A DNA stretch of 63,790 nucleotides, counting the filler, from Octopus bimaculoides (Eukaryota): NCBI RefSeq assembly GCF_001194135.2. It is 4 parts of 4 records of this genome, joined end to end, with 100 filler letters (N's around TTAATTAATTAA, not from the genome) between each part and the next. Parts side by side here need not be neighbours in the genome. Positions count along the whole stretch, not along the records: positions 24,400 to 43,123 come from NC_068981.1; 3 more parts are not named here. One strand, given 5' to 3'. Position 1 is the stretch's first letter. The number at the start of each line of letters is the position of its first letter. The notes under the pieces are model-generated. The model worked only from the letters and a program-made list of their open reading frames with translations. It searched no databases and was not told the DNA's origin. The translations under genes were made by a program, and so were the position numbers. Shown piece by piece: positions 24,356-36,959 of the stretch.

Positions 24356-25239
24356 NNNNNNNNNNNNNNNNNNNNNNNNNNNNNNNNNNNNNNNNNNNNA
24401 TATATATACAAACGTGCATGTATACTTATTTCTTGAATAGTCACTTTGACTTACACGTTTCCGATAGTTAAAACGATTTATATCGGGATACTGTATGATA
24501 CAATGTAAGCAAAAATATAATGATTAGTCAACAACATATCATGACTTTATTGATTAACGAAAGGGAAAAAAGACTTAGAAGATATGTCTTACATTCATCT
24601 ATTCGTTATCATGTACAGAACACGTGATATTGCTACTTCCTCACCAAAAAAAAGCACGTGATATTTCTATTTCTTCATTACCATATGTTTAAAACACATG
24701 TTAGCAAGGAAAGTTGCCCTTGTTGATGATATTTTAATGCTGATAAATGAATGTATGCCATTTTCGAAACACCGAATCGTAATTCTGAATTTAATGCTTC
24801 CGGTATTGTATGGAAAATTCCTAAAGCAGCAACAAAATACATTAAACCTGCCGGCAGATAAAAAAAAAATTACTTAAGAGGTTGTGTGGTCACTAGTTTC
24901 GATCTTTTATCTCAAAGTTCGAAAAACGTTATGCAGCTATAGTTGTGCAAAAGACAGAGATTGCACTTTTCAGAACCATTGATATAGCAAGAGGTGTCTT
25001 CTATAAAAGAAAAAAAAACTCTTTACTTATATTTAAGTATTTATATCGCCAGCAGGGAATTTCTTCAAATGTAGTCGCTGTATGTCGTGTGGTACTCTAC
25101 AGTTACAACAGACGCTACACCACCATCAGTATCTCACACAATTTCTTCGAGTTAGGATCCATGGTCTCACGAGACCGACGGCTGCCTACTATGTAATATT
25201 TCATAAATGATATTTCTATCAATATGTGTCAAATGTATG

Positions 25240-25510
25240 TACATATCAAGTTGTAACGAAAGTTCTGTCCATTTTTTTAAGGCTCTATAAAACAATAAAA
25301 AGTCACTATCTGATTTATTTAATCGTCAATATAACTACCATTCTTGTCTGTGACCTCTTTCGATCTGTCAGTGAACATTTTAATGCCACGCTCATAAATT
25401 TCCTAAAACTTACAAGTGAAAAAGGAAATTGACTCATTTTCCTCTTCTGCTTTTGTAAACTTCCAAAGAGAGGATAATCTGTAGGCGCGAGGTGATCGTT
25501 TGTCCAAGGT
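25240..25510 (-). mobile_element. mariner (DD34D-like) transposase C-terminal remnant
   Basis: DHLAPTDYPLFGSLQ matches the SPDLAPSDYHLFRSL motif; degraded downstream. Confidence 0.6.
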
Positions 25511-25899
25511 GAGTCTCGTTTTATCACTTAATCGATATAATGAAGCATTTAGCAACTGCAATCACCGCTCTTTCCATACATTTAAATTTTATCACAAACA
25601 AAATTGCACAAACGATCACGCAACATAATCGCACGGCTCCCCATAGGCAATCTATTCGACCTGGCAAAAACATCCATCTTTTACCATCTTTTGAATAGAC
25701 TTATTTCTTGTTCGATCCTATCACCACTATATATATATTCCCAAAATCTACTTCCTCTACACTCTACTTGACAATAACACCACCACCATATACAGGCTAC
25801 TTGGTTACTTTCAATCCCAATTCCACCGTCTATAAATAGGTTTAGCTATCTTTTTGAATATGATACTACTAACTACCTATCCCAATCCTCTCTCCCTTT

Positions 25900-26531
25900 A
25901 TTACTGTTCTTGGTTTGTCACCCATACCCCCACCACCTTTATACTACCTCTGCGCATTCCTTCCTCCTCACTAAACCATTTAACCTCATCCCCTTCCCTC
26001 CTTCCCTCACTATACTCATCCTCTCAATCCAGTCAGATCAACTGACCATAAAAATATACCACTACCATTCTCCACCTGAATCTTTCCTCTATCACCTTCC
26101 CACTCTGTCTTCAAGACTTGACCTACTTACCCTACACACATTTCTCACTTGACCTGGGCATCCTTCAAGTGAACACAAGCAAAATGCCTCGGACACAATA
26201 TGGCATATATTCACCTCTACTATCTCAGCCTTTGCTGCAGCAACTATTTCCGGATTATTCCCACAAGGATTACTTTACACGGATACTTACTACTGGAATG
26301 AAACTACACTCCAAGTACTGTTCTCTCTTTCTTTCTTTTTTCAGCATATCACACTCACTATCACTTCATACTAAAACTCTCCGCCTATGGATATAATAAT
26401 CGATTCCTTTACATATTTCTGTCTCCGATGAAGGGAAGTACTGGATCTTCCCAGAAACAGCTGTAAGACTCTATCCATAAAATATATTTCAAACCTTACT
26501 ATTGCTCTCTTTATCCTTTTATATATATATA
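25900..26531 (+). mobile_element. probable Penelope-like element 3'/pLTR remnant
   Basis: C/T-rich segment leading to a hammerhead fold at 26421 and ending in (TA)n; ESFLYHLPTLSSRLD is only a weak echo of a GIY-YIG C-terminus. Confidence 0.45.
26421..26469 (+). ncRNA. type I hammerhead ribozyme-like fold
   Basis: Stem I GTCT/AGAC; core CCGATGA; stem II GGGAAG/CTTCCC with 8-nt loop; GAAA; palindromic stem III ACAGCTGT; cleavage triplet GUA. Confidence 0.65.
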
Positions 26532-27959
26532 NNNNNNNNNNNNNNNNNNNNNNNNNNNNNNNNNNNNNNNNNNNNNNNNNNNNNNNNNNNNNNNNNNNNN
26601 NNNNNNNNNNNNNNNNNNNNNNNNNNNNNNNNNNNNNNNNNNNNNNNNNNNNNNNNNNNNNNNNNNNNNNNNNNNNNNNNNNNNNNNNNNNNNNNNNNNN
26701 NNNNNNNNNNNNNNNNNNNNNNNNNNNNNNNNNNNNNNNNNNNNNNNNNNNNNNNNNNNNNNNNNNNNNNNNNNNNNNNNNNNNNNNNNNNNNNNNNNNN
26801 NNNNNNNNNNNNNNNNNNNNNNNNNNNNNNNNNNNNNNNNNNNNNNNNNNNNNNNNNNNNNNNNNNNNNNNNNNNNNNNNNNNNNNNNNNNNNNNNNNNN
26901 NNNNNNNNNNNNNNNNNNNNNNNNNNNNNNNNNNNNNNNNNNNNNNNNNNNNNNNNNNNNNNNNNNNNNNNNNNNNNNNNNNNNNNNNNNNNNNNNNNNN
27001 NNNNNNNNNNNNNNNNNNNNNNNNNNNNNNNNNNNNNNNNNNNNNNNNNNNNNNNNNNNNNNNNNNNNNNNNNNNNNNNNNNNNNNNNNNNNNNNNNNNN
27101 NNNNNNNNNNNNNNNNNNNNNNNNNNNNNNNNNNNNNNNNNNNNNNNNNNNNNNNNNNNNNNNNNNNNNNNNNNNNNNNNNNNNNNNNNNNNNNNNNNNN
27201 NNNNNNNNNNNNNNNNNNNNNNNNNNNNNNNNNNNNNNNNNNNNNNNNNNNNNNNNNNNNNNNNNNNNNNNNNNNNNNNNNNNNNNNNNNNNNNNNNNNN
27301 NNNNNNNNNNNNNNNNNNNNNNNNNNNNNNNATATATATATATATGTATATATACATATATTTGCACATTTATTTATGTATGTATGTATGTGTGTATGTA
27401 ATAGAGTTTCAGGGTTGTTTTTCTGTGTGTAGGGGTCCAGAAATTTGTTGCAGAAATGTTGTTTTAAAACGATTTCACTCATCTTCAACGTAAACACGTA
27501 CTGTTGAAACGGCACATGATAGGAAGTTTTGCAAGCATAATAAGAATAGTTATTTGTAAGCGTACTGGAAATGTATTTCTTGTTTATACTGATCACGGAA
27601 GTAACGAAACTCCGTTGTTTCTTTATTCAGCTTAATGCTATTTTGTGAGAGCATTATGTCATACGAAATGCATGATATATGGAGAAATGCTTATTTAGAA
27701 AGTTTAGTACGATCTTATCAACAAAACGGGTATTAAAACTATAAAAAGGTTTTACATCATACGATATTTCATGTAATTTTAAAATTTTGTTTTTATGAAT
27801 AATAGTTTTGCGCTCTATGTGGTGAATTAAATCTATATCACATTCATAAGCAATCATCGTAACAACAAATTTCAATGACTGACGACAATCAAGACAAGGG
27901 GTTACTGATTATATAACGCTATTTAGCAATAAGTTTGATTAAAATTTATATGAATGATT

Positions 27960-28100
27960 TCTACTATTAGTACAAGGCCTGAATTTTGGTTGAGCGGGGT
28001 CTAGTCGATTACATCAACCCCAGTGCTCAACTCGTAATTAATTCATGGGCCACGAAAGAATGAAAGGCAAAGTGAACCTCTACAGGATTTGAACACATCG
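27960..28100 (-). mobile_element. SINE family B, degraded, tail type b
   Basis: Diverged match to 21004-21194. Confidence 0.65.
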
Positions 28101-28187
28101 TGTCCAGTATGTTAAAGGTTCAACCAGCATGCCGCCATTAAAATTTATGTTAACAAACAAAAGTTTCAAGTTAGGTTTGTTATAATA

Positions 28188-28483
28188 GTGGAGGCACAAT
28201 GGCCCAATGGTTAGGGCAGCGGACTCGCGGTCATAGGATCGCGGTGTCGATTCCCAGACCGGGCGTTGTAAGTGTTTATTGAGCGAAAACACATAAAGCT
28301 CCACAAGGCTCCGACAGGGGATGGTGGCGAACCCTGCTGTACTCTTCCACCACAACTTTATCTTACTTCCTGTTTCTGTTGTGCCTGTAATTCAAAGGGT
28401 CAGCCTTGTCACACTGTGTCACGCTGAATATCCCCGAGAACTACGTTAAGAGTACACGTGTCTGTGGAGTGCTCAGTCACTTG
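28188..28483 (+). mobile_element. SINE family A, running into a gap
   Basis: Colinear with the reverse complement of 3964-4353. Confidence 0.9.
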
Positions 28484-28947
28484 NNNNNNNNNNNNNNNNN
28501 NNNNNNNNNNNNNNNNNNNNNNNNNNNNNNNNNNNNNNNNNNNNNNNNNNNNNNNNNNNNNNNNNNNNNNNNNNNNNNNNNNNNNNNNNNNNNNNNNNNN
28601 NNNNNNNNNNNNNNNNNNNNNNNNNNNNNNNNNNNNNNNNNNNNNNNNNNNNNNNNNNNNNNNNNNNNNNNNNNNNNNNNNNNNNNNNNNNNNNNNNNNN
28701 NNNNNNNNNNNNNNNNNNNNNNNNNNNNNNNNNNNNNNNNNNNNNNNNNNNNNNNNNNNNNNNNNNNNNNNNNNNNNNNNNNNNNNNNNNNNNNNNNNNN
28801 NNNNNNNNNNNNNNNNNNNNNNNNNNNNNNNNNNNNNNNNNNNNNNNNNNNNNNNNNNNNNNNNNNNNNNNNNNNNNNNNNNNNNNNNNNNNNNNNNNNN
28901 NNNNNNNNNNNNNNNNNNNNNNNNNNNNNNNNNNNNNNNNNNNNNNN

Positions 28948-28979
28948 TAGGGTTAGGGTTGGGGTTAGGGTTAGGGTTA
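28948..28979 (+). repeat. interstitial telomere-type (TTAGGG)n
   Basis: TAGGG TTAGGG TTGGGG TTAGGG TTAGGG TTA directly after a 464-nt gap. Confidence 0.8.
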
Positions 28980-29826
28980 TGAGTGAGGCTATGAGAAAAA
29001 TATACACACACAGATACGCACAGCGTAATTTATTATATAAACAATATATGCGTATAAATTACGATTAAACCGGATGAAATATGTCAGAGAAATAACATTT
29101 TTCTTACCGGTCAAAAGCTACTGTTTAGAAAACAGCAGTAAATGTATTCAGCTGAAAAGACGTCAGTGATTGGTTGAAATTACAGAAATACGACAACTTT
29201 AACATGAAATAACTTGCGATGGACAGAATTTTGTTAAGAAGGTTAAGAGAAGAAGTTGTTTTATATGACACATTCTACCAGTGTCCCAAGTTTGAATGTG
29301 TTTCGTTACGAAAACAAATGTTGCCCGTCAAACCCCAAAGATCCTATCGGGATAATGTTAGTTTACGTACGCGTGAAATATATTAAAAGGATTGCCATGT
29401 CTTCTCATTTATCATACATGCTTCAATGCTTGTTATATATACACATATATATATATATACATATACATACGTACATATACATACGTACATATACATACGT
29501 ACATATATAAATAAATATATATATAGCTAGCTAGCTAGATAGATATAGATATATGTATCTGCGTATACATACATACATACCCATATGCATACACATACGC
29601 ACAATATATGTATATGCATGTATGTATACACATATATGTATGTTTATATGCATATCTATATATATTTATGCATACATGTATGTCTAAATTATTATTTATT
29701 CTCTGCTATATTTTTTATGTTATCAATTGAATTCTTTGATATTTAATATTGGTATACCTGATGCTTTAACCTCGCATACACACTCAAACACACATGTGAA
29801 CACATATAAAGACATGCGCACAACAA

Positions 29827-29876
<50 letters not shown>

Positions 29877-30474
29877 TAAATATTCACATAGACAATTGTA
29901 CATAGACAAACAAACATAAAAATCAAATGAAAACGTACACGCTCAGAGAAAGAGACTCGCACAATCAACAACATAATTACACTCTCAAACGCGTTGTGAT
30001 ATCTACAGATTATAGACTCAATTTCATGTCCTCAAATACCTTACTGTCTGTCTGTCTGTCTGCCTCTCTATCTCTCTCTCACACTCTCTCTCTCTCACTC
30101 TATCTCTCTCTACACACACATNNNNNNNNNNNNNNNNNNNNNNNNNNNNNNNNNNNNNNNNNNNNNNNNNNNNNNNNNNNNNNNNNNNNNNNNNNNNNNN
30201 NNNNNNNNNNNNNNNNNNNNNNNNNNNNNNNNNNNNNNNNNNNNNNNNNNNNNNNNNNNNNNNNNNNNNNNNNNNNNNNNNNNNNNNNNNNNNNNNNNNN
30301 NNNNNNNNNNNNNNNNNNNNNNNNNNNNNNNNNNNNNNNNNNNNNNNNNNNNNNNNNNNNNNNNNNNNNNNNNNNNNNNNNNNNNNNNNNNNNNNNNNNN
30401 NNNNNNNNNNNNNNNNNNNNNNNNNNNNNNNNNNNNNNNNNNNNNNNNNNNNNNNNNNNNNNNNNNNNNNNNNN

Positions 30475-30552
<78 letters not shown>

Positions 30553-30928
30553 CGTATGTGGGTACAAGTAATATAACTACTTACAAACGCTTATACATTC
30601 GTATTCATACTTATATACACATAGATGTATGCCCAGGGTTAGACACAGGCACACCTTATATATCACAGAGTAATATATATGAACTTGGAGATTTGCACTT
30701 TAGATCAATTTCTGCGTAGAGGGCCACACACATACAAAAGATTTTCTTTTCTAATATGTATATTAAATTGTTCTTTAATACTTGTCTTTTCAAATAAGAG
30801 CTTTAGTAATGCATATGCTTCCTACTCGTAAACACACACACACACACATATTTACATCGATATACATGCGTGTGTGAAGTGGGTGCGTGCGTGCGCGTGT
30901 GTGTGTGTGTTCGTGTGCGTTTGCTTGC

Positions 30929-30973
<45 letters not shown>

Positions 30974-31448
30974 CATCTGTTTGTGTATGAATTTCTATAC
31001 GCACATAAAGTAATTTTTTATTAGTCGAGTTTCTGGCTGCCCACTACAGAGATCACTGACAAGGGAATTACATTTGGAGAAACACAAGTGTGTCGTGTTA
31101 ATGGTTGTTTTCGAAATGAGCTAATTTCGAATAAGTTTCCTAATACTCCGTATAGATTTCACAAGATTTCGCAGATGTCATGCTACAATTGCTTTAATAC
31201 AGCTACTCCAAGTCAACCTAAAAAAATATAGAAAATATAATAAATAAATAAAATAACATCATGTATGTGTATGTGAGTTTGTGAGTATATATGTGCGTAT
31301 GTATATGTGTATATATACTTATCTGTATATATCTTGATATTCTTCTTGTATGTTTATACTTCTGCATATGCTCCTGCATGTATGCATATTTGCGTTTGTG
31401 CGTACACTCTCCCCCCACCACACAAACATAAATGTATGTATGTATGTG

Positions 31449-31493
<45 letters not shown>

Positions 31494-31791
31494 ATATACA
31501 TGCATGTGCGCACGCGTGTATGTATGTATGTATGTATATAAGGAAATGAAAGATATAAAAGATTAGTGTAACATAATAATGTTCATAATATAACAATATC
31601 AAAAATTCTTTAATGTTGTGAAGATTTCGGTGGTTCTGTTTGTTGCCTTTAATTTTCCGGAACACTAATATATCATTTGGTTCACAGCAGTAGGAAGGGA
31701 CATTGAAATACAATGTAATAGTTTATATACGTATTACATTACATTACTTCTTTTTCCAGAAATCTTATTAACGTTTTAGAATTCATCATCG

Positions 31792-31846
<55 letters not shown>

Positions 31847-31864
31847 TAGCAGTAGTAGTATTAA

Positions 31865-32320
31865 TATTTCAATTTTCCTTTCTTCTCTTGAGCTATGTCA
31901 CGTCTCGGCTCTTTCCCGCAACTTGGCTTAAAAGTTGAGCTGTTCCAAGCATTGCTGCCAACTTCTTTTTTCCTATAAAGTTTAGTAATTGCAGTTTTTC
32001 ATGTCAGAATATAGCTTTTCTTGAAATGGTCCCAAATGCATCGATCACAATAAGTAACACATTCACTTTTGAGGCTCTATCAATGCTAGGTCTTGGTACA
32101 TCTTGACTTCCTCGTTCTTTGTTTTCACAGTGTTCTAGTATACAGTAATAGCTACGTTGATGAAGTTCTATTCTTTGGACTTCTCTGTAGGAGAGTGATA
32201 TCTGGTCGGTTATGATGTCACTTCTTACCTGTGCAGATTGTCATATCCCATATGAGTTTCACCTGATAATTCTCTGCTACTGGTTAAGGTGGGTGCTTAT
32301 AACAATTGTTGCAACCTTGT
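31865..32320 (-). mobile_element. R4/Dong-type RLE domain fragment
   Basis: YKHPP*PVAENYQVKLIWDMTI..HHNRPDITLL..KMYQDLAL..LIVIDAFGTIS..AAMLGTAQLL; tail runs into (TAC)/(GAT)n. Confidence 0.75.
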
Positions 32321-32869
32321 AACAGCATCCCGTTCCCGTTCCTGCATTTCTCCCCCTCCTTATTGCATCAGTTCAGACATATACACACCAGAAAACATGA
32401 ACTTGCAACCCACCTCCATCGGCCGAATCCGTGTCTTCCGAATATATATCTGAACAAAACAATCAGAAAGCACATCAACCCTAAACAATGTTAAATCCAC
32501 AACAGCAAATACACCAACAGTATATAGTCTCCATAGTCCTCACTAACAGAAAAAAATCAACAACAGAAATCACACAAGCATCAACAACGAACACAATGGA
32601 AAAGCCAGCAAAGAAGCACAGAACTCGAACAGAAACCAAAATAAGTACAACACCAGCTAGATATCAAACTGGAGTGCTTGCTCTTCCAATTTTTGTGGAG
32701 GAGATGGCTGCCGCTGGACAGATGCTGCATTGGGAAATGGGCACGCTAATGATACGCAAACCTACATTGAAGCTGCAACATGCCCGTTGTTTCTTTGAAA
32801 GTGATCAAGTGTAATTACCGTTTGTGACACTATTTGAAATAACTGCAGGACTAGATTAAGCGTAAACCA

Positions 32870-33560
32870 AGGCCTGGATCCTGAGATTTAGTATCGTCAA
32901 GCGTTCACTGCCCTCAAGCATTGGGGTCAGTGGAAGTAACATCAAAGCTTGCTATATAGGCGATTATTGTCAGTGAAGCGCGATGACGTCCTCAAGGAGA
33001 CTCTGGCTAGTTACTTATGGAGAAATGCCAGCTTGCACCCCGGCATACGGATAGTTTCCAGGAATCTCTGGCGAGGTAGTGCTACTGGAGGAATTGAGGG
33101 TTCTGCATAAACTCTACAAGTATGATAGTGCCGACATACAGCCCTGCTTGAGATGTGGGAAGAACAAGAAAACCGCTTTGTATGCGCTCGTACAGTACCC
33201 AAGCATTGTTCGTTTGTATTTTTATGTCGAACAGCTGTGAACGTGTTTAGAAAAGGTTCGACTATAAACCGACTTCCTTGGCTGGGAAGAGCTGACAACT
33301 TGCTTGGTGGCTATGGCAAAGGAGGTTGTGTAGTGGACGACCCCCAATGTAGTGATGACAGTCACTTTCCTCTTTGGCCAAGCCCTCTTCAACTTTTTTA
33401 ACTTCCTTGAAAAAGGAAGTGAGAGTTGATAGGGAGGGTCTACCGCTCCCTAGTAAATTTGTTGAAAGGTGGATGAGTGAGCAATATGGCCTGAATGAGT
33501 CGGCTTGTTCTAAACTGACGCCTGTAGGATGGAATGAATTAATGGGATAGGGGTGTCTCT
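32870..33560 (+). mobile_element. Tx1/L1-clade LINE ORF2 C-terminal remnant
   Basis: SFQESLAR*CYW..LHKLYKYDSADIQPCLRCGKNKKTALYALVQYPSI..YVEQL..CLVAMAKEVV*WT..LKKEVRVDRE..KFVERW (decayed CxxC-H-C knuckle). Confidence 0.65.
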
Positions 33561-33739
33561 CGGTGGTGCCCTTGCTGGTTGGGGTATCAGATGGTTCGTA
33601 CATCCATCCATCCATTGAGCAATGGTTTTATAATTATTTTCTTGTTATTGATTTCTTAGCTTACACGTGTTTATGTAATATCTCGGTCTTTGTCTTTACA
33701 TTGTCCTAAATGTGTTTTGCGGCCATTGTGGTCAATGAA

Positions 33740-33772
33740 GTGTTGTTGTTGTTGTTGTTATTGTTGTTGTTG

Positions 33773-33842
<70 letters not shown>

Positions 33843-33886
33843 GACTATTACTATTATTATTATATTATTATTATTATTACTATTAC

Positions 33887-33950
<64 letters not shown>

Positions 33951-33962
33951 GTTATTATTATT
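33740..33962. repeat. (GTT)n/(ATT)n microsatellite
   Basis: Direct reading; abuts the 3' break of the Dong-type element. Confidence 0.95.
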
Positions 33963-33964
33963 CG

Positions 33965-36810
33965 TATTCGTATCACGTTTTTGCTCTGTCAAGTCCATAC
34001 TTTTTGCAAAGTGTCCAATGGACAATCCTTGTCATATTGCCATGACGTCTTTTATATTCTTTCTGGGCTAGTGGCGTACATTGACTGGTATATTACCATA
34101 CGGTTTCACCATTTTGTTCACAGATTCTGCACCTATCTCTTTCTGATGTGTTGTCTATTCTGTATTTGATGCAATTCGTTCTTTGTGCTTGCCTCCGTTT
34201 CCAGCTTTAAATCCCTGTTAGTGATCCACAGCCATCTTTTTTCTCTATCTGTCTTATCGTCCCATCCCTATGAAATTGTTCATGCATTCTTTTCTTTATC
34301 CACCTATTTTCAGTTTCATTCATTCTCAAGTCCTTGTGCAGTGCTTTATCTTTGCAATCTTCCATCCCACACAAGCCTGTCCTTCTTACTTCCAATACTA
34401 GTCGTTCTGTGACATGTTTTACATATCGTGATATGTTTTTTTTTTCTGCTCTAATGCTGTGTTCGCATCCAATCAGACCTTTCCCCTCTCTTTTTCTTGG
34501 TACATTCAGTCTGTATGTATCCTTTTTGGGTGGAGTATCCCATTTCTAGTCAGCAACTTTTTTGTCTTTCTGTCTAAGCTGTTTAGTTCGTCTACTGCCC
34601 ATGCGATTACCACTGCTCCATATCGAAGGATTGAAACCACCCAGGTTTTGATAGCTTCAATCCGTTTAATTTCGGCTTAAAGATCAGTCTCAATCTGTGC
34701 AAGTGCTCTACCTTAAATTTTTCTGTCATTTGTTTCTCCATCAATTTATCCATTTCTAATATCTCCAAGTACTTCTATTTAATTCATAACCTCCCTCGAC
34801 GGTATCGCTAGCTCGTCTATACATTTGATTTTGCCTCTCTTCAAGACTAACACACAACACTTTTTTCCGTCCAAACTCCATTCTGATATCAGCACTGACA
34901 GTATACACCGTATCAACGAAGGAACTGATTTGGGATTCATTTTTACCATAAAGTTTGTGGCTATTTATGAATAACACGTGGTTGACTTTTTGTTGGCAGC
35001 TCTTGAATAGATACCCAGCCTTTGCTTTTCCCAGAATCAGTGTTAGTGGTATCATGCACAGTACAAAGATCAGTGGGGACAGGCAGTCCCCTTAGAAAAT
35101 GCCTTCTATTGTCCTTAAACTTCTTTCATATGCTGTCAGTTACGTCATCCACATCGCCATACTTTTTCCAAGCAATCACACAACATTCGATGGAATACCA
35201 AAAAGGTTCATACATTCTATAATTCAAAAATGTGGGATTTTATCGTACGCCTTACGATAAATCTAACCATGTCATAAGTAAGTCAGTTTTCCTCCACTTG
35301 CAGTCTCTAAGTGCAGTTTGTCTATCAGGAGTTGATCCTTGGTACCTCTGCACTTACGCTTGCAACGTTTCTGATCATGTGGCAAGACTCCATTATTTTC
35401 CCCTATGTACGTACATTGACTCTGTGACTATTCCAGTGGCAAGCAGGATATCGGCCTGTAATTGTCTACTGGATTGCTTTTCTCGATGTTTTTCAAGCAC
35501 AGCACTGTCCTACCCATTGTCAACCACTCTGGTGTTACTTCGTCGGCCTTTAACAAGGTGTTGAGTTGTGCAGCTATTCGTGCATGACATTCACCAAATC
35601 TTTTGATCCAATAGTCTTGAACTCCATCTGGTCCCGGGGCCTTCCAGTTGCCCATATTTTTGCTGATTTCCTTCCCTTTCCTAGCTGAAATGATTAGCTC
35701 TGCCTGTTTTCGACAGATTACTCTTTGTTTCAGTTCTTGCAACCATTCAGCATCCTTCTTGCGTTCCTTGACTTTGCTCCAGATATCACTCCAAAACCTT
35801 TGACTTTCAATGTTATCTGGTATCAACTTTTCATCTGTACACTCACCATTTATTTTTGTAGAATCCCTTCTGATCTACTCTGAATAACCTATTATGCTGG
35901 TAACTCTTCATTCTTTAGTCGTATCTTACCATCTTTGATTTCTTTTCAACGAGACGCTGTTTCAGTTCCTCCATTACCCCTCTCAGGCCCTTTCTTTCAA
36001 TATTATACTTCCTGTTCAGTGCCCTGTATTTTTGTTCTCTTTCAAGTCCACCCCCTTTTCTTTTTGGTCTAACATAGAAATGTCCTTCGAGAAAATATCT
36101 AACACGACCTGTATTCTTCTTTTCCACCATGGCTATTTTCTTTTGTCAATCCCATTATATTTCTTCTTCTTGACATCAACACTCACATTTTCTGCTGCAA
36201 CAATACTTGCTGCCTTTATCAAATTATTTGTTTCTGTGATTTTTTTTTTCTGATGTATTTCAGAATTTCATTCACGTTTTTCGTTTCTTGGTTCAATTTC
36301 CAACGATCAACCTTTTTAAGGCTACAAATAATGTCGCTATCGTTCTCCTGTAGCCTTGCCTTTATTCTGTCGTGGATCGCCTTTTGCCCATCTCTCATGT
36401 CAACATAAATTTTATTGTCTTCTTCCAAACCATCTTTATGTCTCTCATCGAGCAAGCTATAACTGTTTCTTTCTTGTGGTTTATTAGAGATTTCACCTCT
36501 GTTTTCTGCCATGAGATTACTTTTATCAGTACAAACTCTAATTTCATCGTTTCCTCTGCTGCTGTTTTCAAATACCTGCCCTTTGACAGCTTCAAACTCT
36601 GCTTCTGTGAAGCAACCATTTTTTTCTTTTTGCTCTAGTTTGATCAAATAATCTCTGTTCCGTGAGTTGAAACAATCTTCTTTTTCTCCATTCATCATAC
36701 ATACGTTGTCGGTATACCCTAAGATGAACACCATTTTCGTCTACGAGGTTTCTCAGATAGTAACACTCCACGACCAGAGTATTGATTTGTTTGTTCCATC
36801 AACGCCGTTA
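33965..36810 (-). mobile_element. degenerate near-full-length R4/Dong-type RLE non-LTR retrotransposon
   Basis: N-terminal myb-like WNKQINTLVVECYY..YRQRMYDEW..LTEQRLFDQ; RT motifs [60 protein letters not shown] (catalytic DD lost); CRIC..ETV knuckle and EYKRRH; many stops and frameshifts. Confidence 0.9.
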
Positions 36811-36827
36811 TAATAATAATAATGATG

Positions 36828-36860
<33 letters not shown>

Positions 36861-36906
36861 GTAATAATAATAATAATAATAGTAATAATAATAATAATAA
36901 TAGTAA

Positions 36907-36959
<53 letters not shown>

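Noticed and set aside
24300-24399. TTAATTAATTAA islands inside gaps (also 43168 and 62369)
   Set aside because: The identical N44-linker-N44 layout three times marks a scaffolding placeholder, not biological sequence.
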